Source: Prochlorococcus marinus subsp. pastoris str. CCMP1986
Lineage (GTDB): Bacteria; Cyanobacteriota; Cyanobacteriia; PCC-6307; Cyanobiaceae
NCBI RefSeq assembly: GCF_000011465.1
Contig: NC_005072.1
Coordinates: 1,530,001 to 1,562,000 of the forward strand
DNA: 32,000 bases
Direction: 5' to 3'
Part shown: in pieces, positions 22,764-32,000 of the stretch
Numbering within the stretch: position 1 is the stretch's first letter
Layout of the letters: the number at the start of each line of letters is the position of its first letter
Program-made: the position numbers and the translations under genes
Notes under the pieces: generated by a model
Seen by the model: only the letters and a program-made list of their open reading frames with translations
Database searches by the model: none
Told to the model about the DNA's origin: nothing

Positions 22764-23419
22764 GTTATTTTTTTTTTATAAAGTCTTATAAAAAATTTTA
22801 TTAAAAAATAAACAAATATCAGAATTAATATGGGTTTGACAATAAATTTAATTTGATTCAAATATGTTTCAATAATTGGATAATTTTCGCCAAAGACAAA
22901 TCCTGCATAAGTTAATAATGTAACCCATATTAAACTTCCTAAACTAGTCCAAATTAAAAATTTCCGAAGTGGCATTAATTCCATTCCAGCGGGTACTGAA
23001 ATTAATGTTCTTATACCAGGTACTAATCTCCCCCAAAAAACTAACGAAACCCCATATTTATCAAACCATCTCCTGCTCTTAATAAGATCATTAGAAGTTA
23101 TTCCTATATATTTGCCCCTTTTATCTAAAAAGTTTGATAATCTTTTTTCATTTACTAATTTACCCAAATAATACCAAGGCATAGACCCTAGTATCGTTCC
23201 AAATACACCCCAAAAAACCAAAATATAGAAATTTAATTTTTGTTGGTAGACAAAAAATCCACCTAAAGGCATAATTATTTCCGATGGAATTGGAGGTATA
23301 ATATTCTCTAAAAACATCGCCAAACATATCGTGAGGTAGGCTATTGTTGAATTTGTTTCAACAGCCTTACTAATATATTCAGGAATGGAAGTGAGTAAAT
23401 TAATAAAAATTAAACTCAA
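22760..23419 (-). CDS. DedA-family (SNARE-associated/VTT) membrane protein
   Basis: 219 aa: LENIIPPIPSEIIMPLGGFF, GTILGSMPWYYLGKL, DKYGVSLVFWGRLVPGIRTLISVPAGMELMPLRKFL. Confidence 0.93.
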   Translation of the reverse strand: MSLIFINLLTSIPEYISKAVETNSTIAYLTICLAMFLENIIPPIPSEIIMPLGGFFVYQQKLNFYILVFWGVFGTILGSMPWYYLGKLVNEKRLSNFLDKRGKYIGITSNDLIKSRRWFDKYGVSLVFWGRLVPGIRTLISVPAGMELMPLRKFLIWTSLGSLIWVTLLTYAGFVFGENYPIIETYLNQIKFIVKPILILIFVYFLIKFFIRLYKKKIT

Positions 23420-23421
23420 AT

Positions 23422-24840
23422 TTAATATCTATATTGCTCTGGTTTATAAGGTCCTTCAACAGAGACATTAATATAGTCTGCTTGATCTTTAGTTAGTTTT
23501 GTTAACTTAGCCCCAATTTTATCCAAATGTAACCTAGCAACCATTTCATCTAAATGTTTAGGTAAAACATAGACCTCTTTAGAGTATTCATCTGACTTAT
23601 TGAAAAGTTCAATTTGAGCTAATACTTGATTAGTAAAAGAATTACTCATAACAAAACTTGGATGACCTGTTGCACAGCCTAAGTTAACAAGTCTTCCCTC
23701 TGCTAAAAGAATAATTTTATTTCCACTTGGCAAAGTAATATGATCAACTTGAGGCTTAATATTTTCCCATGGGTAATCTTTCAACGAGGCAACATCAATC
23801 TCGTTATCAAAATGTCCAATATTACAGACTATCGCCTCATCCTTCATTTTAATAAGGTTATCGTTAGTTATAACTTGATAATTACCAGTAGCAGTAACAA
23901 ATATATCAATATCTTCAACAACATCATTTAATGTGACAACACTAAAACCCTCCATAGCTGCTTGAAGAGCGCATATAGGATCAACTTCAGCAACCTTGAC
24001 TATTGCTCCAAGTCCTCTTAATGATTGAGCAGACCCTTTACCAACATCTCCGAATCCCATTACTAACGCAACTTTTCCTGCAATCATTACATCAGTCGCA
24101 CGTTTGATACTGTCAACTAGAGATTCTCTACAACCATATAAATTATCAAATTTACTCTTAGTAACTGAATCGTTTACGTTGATAGCAGGAAATGGTAGTG
24201 CATTTTGTTTTTGCAATTGATAAAGTCTTGCAACTCCTGTTGTTGTTTCTTCAGTAACGCCGATAATATTTCCCTTAATACGAGAGTAGAAGCTACTATC
24301 TTCTTGCAATTTAGACCTAATTGAGTTGAATAATGCTATTTCCTCTTCATTACTAGGATTCTTTAGAACTGACAAATCCTTTTCTGCTTTACTACCAAGT
24401 ATTAATAAACCTGTTGCATCTCCACCATCATCAAGAATCATGTTTGGAGAATCTGTACCCCAATCTAAAATGTAATGAGTATATTGCCAATACTCATCAA
24501 GACTCTCACCTTTTTTTGCATAAACAGAAATTCCTTGTTCTGCAATAGCAGCAGCAGCATGATCTTGAGTTGAGAAAATATTGCATGAAGCCCATTTAAC
24601 TTGTGCACCAAGATCAACAAGAGTTTCAATCAAAACAGCAGTTTGAATAGTCATATGCAAACTACCAGCTATTTTTGCACCATTTAGAGGCTTATCCGAA
24701 TGATGCTTATCTCTAAGTGCCATTAATCCAGGCATTTCAGTTTCGGCAATTTTAATTTCTTTACGTCCGAAATCTGATAAAGAAATATCTTTAATTACGT
24801 AGTTTGGTATGGAGGTTTTAATCGAATTAGCAATAACCAT
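23422..24840 (-). CDS. ahcY: Adenosylhomocysteinase
   Basis: 472 aa: [42 protein letters not shown]-like ([18 protein letters not shown]), [13 protein letters not shown]-terminal [17 protein letters not shown]. Confidence 0.97.
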   Translation of the reverse strand: MVIANSIKTSIPNYVIKDISLSDFGRKEIKIAETEMPGLMALRDKHHSDKPLNGAKIAGSLHMTIQTAVLIETLVDLGAQVKWASCNIFSTQDHAAAAIAEQGISVYAKKGESLDEYWQYTHYILDWGTDSPNMILDDGGDATGLLILGSKAEKDLSVLKNPSNEEEIALFNSIRSKLQEDSSFYSRIKGNIIGVTEETTTGVARLYQLQKQNALPFPAINVNDSVTKSKFDNLYGCRESLVDSIKRATDVMIAGKVALVMGFGDVGKGSAQSLRGLGAIVKVAEVDPICALQAAMEGFSVVTLNDVVEDIDIFVTATGNYQVITNDNLIKMKDEAIVCNIGHFDNEIDVASLKDYPWENIKPQVDHITLPSGNKIILLAEGRLVNLGCATGHPSFVMSNSFTNQVLAQIELFNKSDEYSKEVYVLPKHLDEMVARLHLDKIGAKLTKLTKDQADYINVSVEGPYKPEQYRY

Positions 24841-24889
24841 TTCTAAAAATATCTTATACTTAGACTATAAGCGATTTTTATATAATTTA

Positions 24890-25327
24890 GTGTTTGTTGG
24901 GAATTTAAAAGAAACAATTCAATTAGGAAGTGATTTTGCTCGAAGATTAAATCCAAAATCGGTTATTTTACTACAAGGTCCCATTGGAGCTGGAAAAACT
25001 TCATTCGTCCAAGGAATTGCATTAGGCCTATCTATTTCAGAAGATATTACAAGTCCAACATTTGCCTTATCGCATCATTACAATTCTGGAACAATTCCAC
25101 TAATTCATATGGATTTATATCGGCTAGAAAATAGTTTGATGGCAAAAGAATTCTTTATTTCTGAGGAAGAAGAGGCTATACAAAATGAAGCTATAATGGT
25201 TATTGAATGGCCGGAATTAATAAAGCCATGTTTGAATAATTTCTGGAAAATAGAAATAAGTTACGCTACAAATTTTGGGAGAAATTATAAAATTTGGGAT
25301 CCAAAAAATTTATTAACCTTTGAATAG
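24890..25327 (+). CDS. tsaE: tRNA threonylcarbamoyladenosine biosynthesis ATPase TsaE
   Basis: Walker A GPIGAGKTSFVQGIALGL, SPTFALSHHYNSGTIPLIHMDLYRL, VIEWPEL. The tracked start at 24809 lies inside ahcY; an in-frame GTG at 24890 (VFVGNLKETIQLGS...) gives a normal TsaE N-terminus. Confidence 0.9.
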   Translation: MFVGNLKETIQLGSDFARRLNPKSVILLQGPIGAGKTSFVQGIALGLSISEDITSPTFALSHHYNSGTIPLIHMDLYRLENSLMAKEFFISEEEEAIQNEAIMVIEWPELIKPCLNNFWKIEISYATNFGRNYKIWDPKNLLTFE

Positions 25328-26283
25328 TCTGGTTGTTGTTCAATCGCACCTTCACCAAGACAGGTGAGTAACCCACAAATACTTGCGAATTTTACACAAT
25401 TTTGTATTTCTGATTCATTTGAAGGATAATCAAACGACAGTAATTGTGAAATTAATCCAGCTAAAAAAGCATCACCTGCTCCAGTAGTATCAATAATTTT
25501 TAGCGACTTAGAAACTTCAGTCGTTCCTTGTACTCCATTTATTAACCAACAAATAGGATTTGCTCCATCTGTAATTATTACATCAGGACGGTTTAACAAT
25601 CTTTCAGATATTTCCAAAGGATTTTTATTTTCAAAAAATAAAATTGCTTCCTCTTTGGCCAACTTTAAAATATGCGCCTTATTCAATAAATTCCTTATTA
25701 AATCAACTCTCTCCTTTTTATTAGTTTCTGATGAAGAAGTGGCAAAATCCCAAAAAACCTCTCTCCAGTTCAAGTCAATTATTATTTTTACATCAAATTT
25801 ATTAGCTAAACTCAATAAAAAGTTAATAGTATCTGCAGATATTGAAGACGATAATATAATTGTTCCACAAACTAAATATTTTGTTTTTGAAAAGAGGTTT
25901 TCCAAACTTTTCAAATCTTTTTTAATTTCATTCTTATCAAAAGCCTCATCAGCAAAAAATGTATTTAAGCTTGTATCAAAACCAGAAAAATATCGATCTC
26001 CGGAATTATCCCTATTTACCTTAACGATACGAGTGGGAAGACAATCATCCAATTGCAAAAAATTTATATTTACCTCCAATTCTTTAAATTGATTAATAAA
26101 TTTCTTACCAAATTCATCACTTCCTATACGTCCAATAAAGACTGAATCTATTTGTAATTTTCTCAATGCACAAGCTACATTTGCAGGAGCTCCTCCCAAA
26201 AAATCTGTAAATTCTTGATTTGATTTATTCTTGATTCTATCTATTAAAGCCTCCCCAATACAAATAACTTTTGTTTTTTTCAT
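25285..26283 (-). CDS. PfkB-family carbohydrate kinase (fructokinase-like)
   Basis: 332 aa: VICIGEALIDRI, GGAPANVACALRKL, FIGRIGSDEFG, VDTTGAGDAF-like motif (IIDTTGAGDAFLAGLISQLL). Confidence 0.93.
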   Translation of the reverse strand: MKKTKVICIGEALIDRIKNKSNQEFTDFLGGAPANVACALRKLQIDSVFIGRIGSDEFGKKFINQFKELEVNINFLQLDDCLPTRIVKVNRDNSGDRYFSGFDTSLNTFFADEAFDKNEIKKDLKSLENLFSKTKYLVCGTIILSSSISADTINFLLSLANKFDVKIIIDLNWREVFWDFATSSSETNKKERVDLIRNLLNKAHILKLAKEEAILFFENKNPLEISERLLNRPDVIITDGANPICWLINGVQGTTEVSKSLKIIDTTGAGDAFLAGLISQLLSFDYPSNESEIQNCVKFASICGLLTCLGEGAIEQQPDYSKVNKFFGSQIL

Positions 26284-26372
26284 AGACTAAAAATTTTTTC
26301 TAAACTAAGAATAATTAATCGAAAACGATTTTTTTTTTTTTGAATTAAAGTTTAATTAATATTTTTCTTCTA

Positions 26373-27287
26373 ATGTCCTTTAAAAAATCCGAAAATTGGA
26401 AATGGAAAAATTGGGACATATCATGGTCTTCAACAAAACAATCCTCTAACAATAGTGATTTAAATATTTTATTAATTCATGGTTTTGGAGCATCAAAACG
26501 ACATTGGAGACATAATCAAGATTTTCTCGGAAATAATCATAATTGCTATTCAATTGACCTACTAGGCTTTGGAGAAAGTAGCCAACCTGGAGCTTCATTA
26601 GATTATGAGTCTTACAAAGATAATTATGTTAAATATTCCTTTGACTTATGGGGAAGTCAGGTAGCTACTTTTTGTAATGAGGTAATTAAATCTCCTGTTT
26701 ATCTAGTAGGCAACTCAATCGGTGGAGTTGTATCTTTAAAAGCTGCTGAAATTCTCAAAGAAAATTGTAATGGCCTTGTTTTAATTGACTGTGCCCAAAG
26801 AACAATGGATGATAAGAGACTTAAAAGAAGCGATGTATTAATGAACTTATTGCGTCCGGTAATAAAAACATTAGTAAGTAAAAGAATTATTAGTAACACC
26901 CTTTTTGAGAGAGCTGCCAATCCAGCAGTTATTAAACAAATCCTTAAAAAAGCATATCCCTCAGGAAAAAATATTGATGAAGAATTAATAGAAATTTTAT
27001 ATAATCCTTCTCAAAGAAAAAATTCAAAAGAGGCTTTTCGTGGTTTTATTAATTTATTCGATGACTATCTCGCTACAGACCTATTTTATAGGGTTAATTC
27101 TCCAATTCAGTTGATTTGGGGAGAAAAAGATCCTTGGGAATCTCTAAATGAAGCAAAATCTTGGAAGAAAAACTATAAAAATATAAAAAGACTAGATGTT
27201 ATTAAAGAGGCTGGACATTGTCCTCACGATGAAAATCCTGAGGAGACTAACAATTTAATTTGTCAATTTATTCAAGAGACGAAATAA
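26373..27287 (+). CDS. Alpha/beta-fold hydrolase
   Basis: 304 aa: ILLIHGFGASKRHWRHN, LVGNSIGGVVSLKAAEI (nucleophile elbow GNSIGG), LIWGEKDPW, EAGHCPHDENPEETN. Confidence 0.92.
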   Translation: MSFKKSENWKWKNWDISWSSTKQSSNNSDLNILLIHGFGASKRHWRHNQDFLGNNHNCYSIDLLGFGESSQPGASLDYESYKDNYVKYSFDLWGSQVATFCNEVIKSPVYLVGNSIGGVVSLKAAEILKENCNGLVLIDCAQRTMDDKRLKRSDVLMNLLRPVIKTLVSKRIISNTLFERAANPAVIKQILKKAYPSGKNIDEELIEILYNPSQRKNSKEAFRGFINLFDDYLATDLFYRVNSPIQLIWGEKDPWESLNEAKSWKKNYKNIKRLDVIKEAGHCPHDENPEETNNLICQFIQETK

Positions 27288-28273
27288 GCTTCCACACTTT
27301 CGCTAAGTCTTCTTAAACCTCTTAGACCATCTCTTTCTAGATTTCTTACCCTATCTCTACTAATACCCAAGACACGTCCAATACCCGTTAGAGACATTGG
27401 CTCATCTCCATCCATTCCATATCTCATTCTTAAGACTCTACATTGCAAATCAGGTAACTGATGAAGTAGTGAATGTAAATCACCCCTCATACAGTCCATT
27501 TCGATTTGCTCATCAGGTAAATCTTCTCCTCCAGCTAATAAATCCAGTAAAACTGTATCTTCACCATCACCTACTTTTGTTTCTAGACTTACTGGCTGCC
27601 CAGCTTTGCACATTAAATCTTTAACATCATCTTCGGGCAACTCAACATATTTAGCTAGTTCACTTATTGTAGGTGTTCTTGACATTTCTTGACTCAACTC
27701 TCTTTGACCTTTTTTTAGCTTATTAAGCATCTCTGTTATGTGGATTGGCAATCTAATAGCTCTACTTTTTTCTGCAATTGCTCTTGTAATACCTTGTCTA
27801 ATCCACCAATACGCATATGTTGAAAACTTATATCCTCTAGCAGGATCAAATTTTTCTACACCTCTTACTAATCCAATTGTTCCCTCTTGAATTAAATCAA
27901 GAAGTTCCATATTTCTTTTTGTATATTTTTTTGCAACACTGACGACTAATCTTAAATTTGCAGCAACCATTCTTTCTTTTGCTCGCTGACCAGCTCTGAG
28001 TCTTTTTTTGATTTGTGAAGTAGATAAATTTAACTTTTCAGCTAATTCTTCAGGTGAAGGTTTATTATCTGTCAATTCCATTATTTCAATTTCAGCTCTC
28101 TCAACTTGCATATATTCTTGAACTTGCCTACCTAAAGTGATTTCTTGTTCGTGTGATAGTAATGGAACTCGTCCAATATCCCTCAAATAAGACCTAACCA
28201 AATCTACATCATTACTGGATTTTAAAGATGAAATAGTAGCTAATTTATTCTCAACTAATGTTTCGGGTGACAT
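27272..28273 (-). CDS. RNA polymerase sigma-70 family factor, group 2-like
   Basis: Region 1.2 DLVRSYLRDIGRVPLLSHEQEITLGRQVQ, region 2 MVAANLRLVVSVAKKYTKRNMELLDLIQEGTIGLVRGVEKFDPARGYKFSTYAYWWIRQGITRAI, region 4 LTGIGRVLGISRDRVRNLERDGLRGLRRLSE. The probable start is Met23 of the listed ORF (MSPETLVENK, 28273). Confidence 0.93.
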   Translation of the reverse strand: MSPETLVENKLATISSLKSSNDVDLVRSYLRDIGRVPLLSHEQEITLGRQVQEYMQVERAEIEIMELTDNKPSPEELAEKLNLSTSQIKKRLRAGQRAKERMVAANLRLVVSVAKKYTKRNMELLDLIQEGTIGLVRGVEKFDPARGYKFSTYAYWWIRQGITRAIAEKSRAIRLPIHITEMLNKLKKGQRELSQEMSRTPTISELAKYVELPEDDVKDLMCKAGQPVSLETKVGDGEDTVLLDLLAGGEDLPDEQIEMDCMRGDLHSLLHQLPDLQCRVLRMRYGMDGDEPMSLTGIGRVLGISRDRVRNLERDGLRGLRRLSESVEAYFVS

Positions 28274-28373
28274 AAAAGTTAATGTTGTTTTGTAAACAAT
28301 ACCATTAAGAAATGTAAAGTTAAACAAAAAAACCCACAATTCTACAAAAATGAGAATAAATACCTAGTAATTC

Positions 28374-29783
28374 TTACAAAATTGAAGAATTAAGTAGCCA
28401 ATTTGCAGTACTAAGATAAATAAATACCCCAGCAATATCTGTCACAGTAGTTATGAAGGGGGAAGACATCAAAGCAGGGTCTAAACCCATCCTTTCGAAT
28501 AGTAAGGGAAGAATAGCTCCGGCGGTTGCAGCTAACGTTGTTATCGAAATCAAGCTAATTCCAACTGCGGATGCGATTAATGGTCCCTCCCCTTGCCACC
28601 AAGCAAAGGGGAAAACCACTAGCATCATTAAAATCCCTAATAAAGCACCAGTTATTGCCTCTTTAACCACTACCTTAAATGCACCCATTGATTTTAATTT
28701 TTGAGTACTTAAACCCCTTATAACAACTGTTGAGCTTTGGGCTCCAACATTTCCTCCGGTACCGATAAGCAATGGGATAAAAGCAGCTAGTAAAACTATT
28801 TCTTTCAAAATCTGATCATTCATTGCAATAACTTTTGTAGTTAAACCATTAGCTAGAACTAAAATTAATAGCCATAAAATTCTCCTTCGAGCAATTGTAA
28901 ATAAACCACTTTGAAAATAATCATCCTCATCACCAAGCTGAACAGCGCCTGCAGCATAAATATCTCGAGTAGCTTCTTGCTCAATAACATCAATCAAATC
29001 ATCAACCGTAACAATTCCAACTAATCTTTTTTCTTTATCTACAACTGGGAGAGCTAAAAAATCATATCTTTGAATTGCTCTAGCTACATCCTCTTGATTA
29101 GTATTAGTGGAAATATTAACGACATCCTTTGTCATAACCTCACCAATAGGCCTAGTAGGATCTGCCGTAACAAGATCTCTTAAAGATAAAATTCCAGTTA
29201 GATGCCTTTCTTTATCCGTGACATATAGACTATATATTGTCTCTGTAAATGCAGCCCTTTTTCTTACTATCGACAATGCTTCCTCAGCAGTTTGCATTTC
29301 TTTTAAATCTATGAATTCAGTAGTCATTAATCTGCCAGCAGTTTCTGGCTCATATCCTAATAATTCTGCCGTTACTTTTCTCTCACCAGGACTTAGTGCT
29401 GACAGAAATTTTCTTACAACTTTTGCAGGTAATTCATCAAAAAGTTGAACCCTATCATCAGGAGACATTTTTTCAACTATTTCTAAAACCTCCCCGGAAC
29501 GAAGTCTATCTAGTAATGTTTGCTGCACTATTGGATCTAAATACTCATAAACCTCAATTGCCTCATTTTTTTTTAATAACCTAAATGCAAGAGCTTGGAG
29601 TATTAAAGGAAGACTACCAATGGCATCAGCGATATCAACGGGCTGGGAAGGTTCAAGTAATAATTTTGCTTCATCATAATTTCCTGCAATAAGTAATTCC
29701 TCAAGCTGGATTGTGATCTTTCCACGATTAGATAAATCCGAAGATAAAGAAGTACTTACCTCTATATTATTATTTTCTTCCAT
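28374..29783 (-). CDS. mgtE: Magnesium transporter MgtE
   Basis: 469 aa: MgtE N domain, two CBS-type repeats (VMTKDVVNISTNTNQEDVARAIQRYDFLALPVVD) and a membrane domain with LIGTGGNVGAQSSTVVIRGL. Confidence 0.96.
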   Translation of the reverse strand: MEENNNIEVSTSLSSDLSNRGKITIQLEELLIAGNYDEAKLLLEPSQPVDIADAIGSLPLILQALAFRLLKKNEAIEVYEYLDPIVQQTLLDRLRSGEVLEIVEKMSPDDRVQLFDELPAKVVRKFLSALSPGERKVTAELLGYEPETAGRLMTTEFIDLKEMQTAEEALSIVRKRAAFTETIYSLYVTDKERHLTGILSLRDLVTADPTRPIGEVMTKDVVNISTNTNQEDVARAIQRYDFLALPVVDKEKRLVGIVTVDDLIDVIEQEATRDIYAAGAVQLGDEDDYFQSGLFTIARRRILWLLILVLANGLTTKVIAMNDQILKEIVLLAAFIPLLIGTGGNVGAQSSTVVIRGLSTQKLKSMGAFKVVVKEAITGALLGILMMLVVFPFAWWQGEGPLIASAVGISLISITTLAATAGAILPLLFERMGLDPALMSSPFITTVTDIAGVFIYLSTANWLLNSSIL

Positions 29784-29825
29784 GATATTTCCCTTTATCG
29801 AAGTAACATTAATATTATATAAAAA

Positions 29826-30155
29826 TTAAGTAATTTTTCTACTTAACTGAAAACCAATATACATTATTATTAAATTTAAAATAACAATTACATTCAAATA
29901 AATAAATAACTTTAGATAGTAACCTTGGATAATAAATTGATATAAAAAGTGAACAAAACCGCTAAAAGATGTAAAGCAAGCAAAGAAACCACTAAATAAA
30001 ATTTCTTTTTTTGACTTACTAATTTTCCTTGAAATAAAAAAGCCATATAAAAAAGAACCTATAATAGAAATAACAAAATTATTTTTAAAATAAAATCTTA
30101 GGAATGTAGCGCAATAGGCAGTTAATAAAAAAGTTAATAAATATTTTTTATTCAA
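29826..30155 (-). CDS. crcB: CrcB/Fluc-type fluoride channel subunit (divergent copy)
   Basis: LLTAYCATFLRFYFKNNFVISIIGSFLYGFFISRK...SGFFACFTSFSGFVHFLYQF resembles CrcB motifs. The proposed start is TTG at 30155, overlapping the upstream stop (TTGA), rather than the ORF-track ATG at 30191. Confidence 0.8.
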   Translation of the reverse strand: MNKKYLLTFLLTAYCATFLRFYFKNNFVISIIGSFLYGFFISRKISKSKKEILFSGFFACFTSFSGFVHFLYQFIIQGYYLKLFIYLNVIVILNLIIMYIGFQLSRKIT

Positions 30156-30523
30156 TTTATAAAGGTTAAAGTAATAAAATATCCTAAACAAAAAAATAAA
30201 AAAGATAATAATATAACTTCAGCATAATAAATCAATAGGATTAAATATTTTTTTTCTCGAATCAAATTAAATAACTGATATATGAAAGATGAAAATGTAC
30301 TGAAACATCCTAAAAAACCAACAAAAATAAATAGTATTAAATTCTTATTTGTTATATTCAAACCTTCGAAAATACCTAAAAATAAAGAGGCTAAAACATT
30401 TACTATTAAAATATTATTAGAATAAAATATTTTCTTTTTTCCAGAAATATATTTTATAAACATTCTTACAATCAACCCGAAGGTACTTCCTACTAAAATA
30501 TAAATAAAACCATCTAGTTCCAA
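30152..30523 (-). CDS. crcB: CrcB/Fluc-type fluoride channel subunit
   Basis: ILVGSTFGLIVRMFI, NNILIVNVLASLFLGIFEG, FVGFLGCFSTFSSFIYQL are CrcB signatures. Confidence 0.88.
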   Translation of the reverse strand: MELDGFIYILVGSTFGLIVRMFIKYISGKKKIFYSNNILIVNVLASLFLGIFEGLNITNKNLILFIFVGFLGCFSTFSSFIYQLFNLIREKKYLILLIYYAEVILLSFLFFCLGYFITLTFIN

Positions 30524-30526
30524 GAT

Positions 30527-30856
30527 CTATATTTTAATCCAACCCCTTTTAGTTCTATTAGGATGTTCAATAAATTGATTTGTTAGCAATTCTACTCGTG
30601 CCCAAGTATCATTTTCTTTGACTACCCATTTTTGTAAAACTGATAATGAAGAACCGGTATCAAGAACCAACAATTTTTTAGCGTTAATTTTTGGAAAAGT
30701 ATAAAGTGAACAATTTGAATTTAATATGATTTCTTTGGAATTATTAAGAGTATTATATTTGTTTAAATCCCTTTGTATTCCTCCTGCAGGTAATGTAATT
30801 GGGCCAATCAGAGCGAATCCGATTAAACAAATATTTTTTATCACATTTTTTATCAT
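30527..30856 (-). CDS. Small exported SH3-like protein (109 aa), function unknown
   Basis: Hydrophobic N-terminus ([19 protein letters not shown]) then an SH3-like segment [45 protein letters not shown]...TKRGWIKI. Its start overlaps the gyrB stop. Confidence 0.7.
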   Translation of the reverse strand: MIKNVIKNICLIGFALIGPITLPAGGIQRDLNKYNTLNNSKEIILNSNCSLYTFPKINAKKLLVLDTGSSLSVLQKWVVKENDTWARVELLTNQFIEHPNRTKRGWIKI

Positions 30857-32000
30857 ATATCTAATGTCGCCATATCTAAATTGGCACTATGAGTTTCAAT
30901 AAACTCTCTTCTTGGTGCCACTTTATCTCCCATCAAAATATTGAAAATTCTATCTGCTTCTAGAGCATCTTCAATTTCTACTCTTTTCATCATTCGTGTC
31001 TGAGGATTCATTGTTGTATCCCATAATTGTTTAGGCATCATTTCACCTAAACCTTTAAATCTTTGAATATTATAGTTAGCTTTTTCTCCAAAATCTTCTA
31101 TAGTTTGCTTCAATTGATTTTCGTTATAGCAATATTTATGATTTTTTCCTCTTTCAACTTTGTATAAAGGGGGACAAGCAATGTATATAAAACCTTTTTC
31201 AACGAGATCCCTTTGATATCTATAAAAAAAAGTTAATAGTAATGTTCTAATATGTGCCCCATCTACGTCTGCATCAGTCATAATTACAACCCTATGATAC
31301 CTAAGAGAATTTACATTAAACTCTTCACCCTTTATACCCAATCCCAAAGCAGTGATTAGTGATTGAATTTCTGTATTTTTATATATTTTTGCATCATCTG
31401 TTTTTTCAATATTTAATATTTTTCCTCTCAAAGGTAAAATCGCCTGAAATCTCCTATCTCTTCCTTGTTTAGCTGAACCTCCAGCGGAATCACCCTCAAC
31501 TATATAAATCTCTGCACCTGAGGGATCTCTTGAACTGCAATCTGCCAATTTGCCAGGCAAAGTTGAACTCTCAAGAACACTTTTTCTCCTTACTAAATCC
31601 CTCGCTCGTTTAGCTGCTTCTGCCGCATTAAAAGATTGAATTGCTTTTTCTAGAATTAAATCAAAAACATTAGGATTAAATTCCATATACTTTATTAATG
31701 ATTCTCCTATGAGCGAATCAACAATCCCTCTCACTTCAGTATTTCCCAATTTTGTCTTTGTTTGACCTTCAAATTCCGGTTCTGGAACTTTTACAGATAA
31801 TACGACTGTCAAACCTTCTCTAATATTTTCTCCTGACAAATTTTTATCAACTTCTTTTCTTTTACCTCTTTTTTTCGCGATAGCATTAAAAGTTCTAGTC
31901 AATACAGTTTTTAAGCCATCTATATGCGTGCCGCCATCTATCGTTCTGATATTATTTGCAAATCCCAATATATTATCTGAATAAACATCCGAGCACCATT
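30853..32000 (-). CDS. gyrB: DNA gyrase subunit B, C-terminal portion (5' end beyond the window)
   Basis: The frame continues upstream of the listed Met to the window edge ([35 protein letters not shown]). TOPRIM segment [37 protein letters not shown], then the [27 protein letters not shown] segment. Confidence 0.97.
   Translation of the reverse strand, partial: WCSDVYSDNILGFANNIRTIDGGTHIDGLKTVLTRTFNAIAKKRGKRKEVDKNLSGENIREGLTVVLSVKVPEPEFEGQTKTKLGNTEVRGIVDSLIGESLIKYMEFNPNVFDLILEKAIQSFNAAEAAKRARDLVRRKSVLESSTLPGKLADCSSRDPSGAEIYIVEGDSAGGSAKQGRDRRFQAILPLRGKILNIEKTDDAKIYKNTEIQSLITALGLGIKGEEFNVNSLRYHRVVIMTDADVDGAHIRTLLLTFFYRYQRDLVEKGFIYIACPPLYKVERGKNHKYCYNENQLKQTIEDFGEKANYNIQRFKGLGEMMPKQLWDTTMNPQTRMMKRVEIEDALEADRIFNILMGDKVAPRREFIETHSANLDMATLDI

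Noticed and set aside
25655-26092. 145-aa plus-strand ORF antisense to the PfkB-family kinase
   Set aside because: Fully contained in a conserved kinase gene; shadow ORF.
29107-29448. 113-aa plus-strand ORF antisense to mgtE
   Set aside because: Shadow of the MgtE CBS/N-domain coding region; no recognisable motif.

Overview
The window is a compact, AT-rich, housekeeping-type chromosomal segment of a picocyanobacterium. psaC, an rpaB-type regulator, the NdhS-like ORF, protein sequence style and low GC suggest Prochlorococcus of the high-light type (my inference). Supported content, in order: partial Na+/H+ antiporter, glgP, a disrupted gene, a small conserved ORF, tRNA-Arg(CCU), rnpB, rnc, ndhS-like ORF, rimM, glmS, psaC, acpP, fabF, tkt, thiC with an upstream TPP riboswitch, small membrane protein, M20 amidohydrolase, TPR protein, ruvB, smpB, small conserved ORF, lysS, rpaB-type response regulator, mreD/mreC/mreB, ssb, DedA protein, ahcY, tsaE, PfkB sugar kinase, alpha/beta hydrolase, group-2-like sigma factor, mgtE, two crcB genes, SH3-like small ORF and partial gyrB. 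I found no CRISPR array, transposon, prophage, toxin-antitoxin or defence locus, and nothing that looks like a new multi-gene system. The items most worth a second look are: (1) an apparently disrupted gene missing from the ORF track at 3038..3406, with a TAATG start and two in-frame stops; (2) the divergent tRNA-Arg / rnpB arrangement with rnc only about 25 nt downstream of rnpB; (3) a perfect 9-bp inverted repeat in the glgP/antiporter intergenic region; (4) a crcB pair whose second gene probably starts at TTG, overlapping the first gene's stop as TTGA; (5) the repeated use of abutting or overlapping convergent gene ends; (6) the TPP riboswitch ahead of thiC with a candidate alternative pairing.
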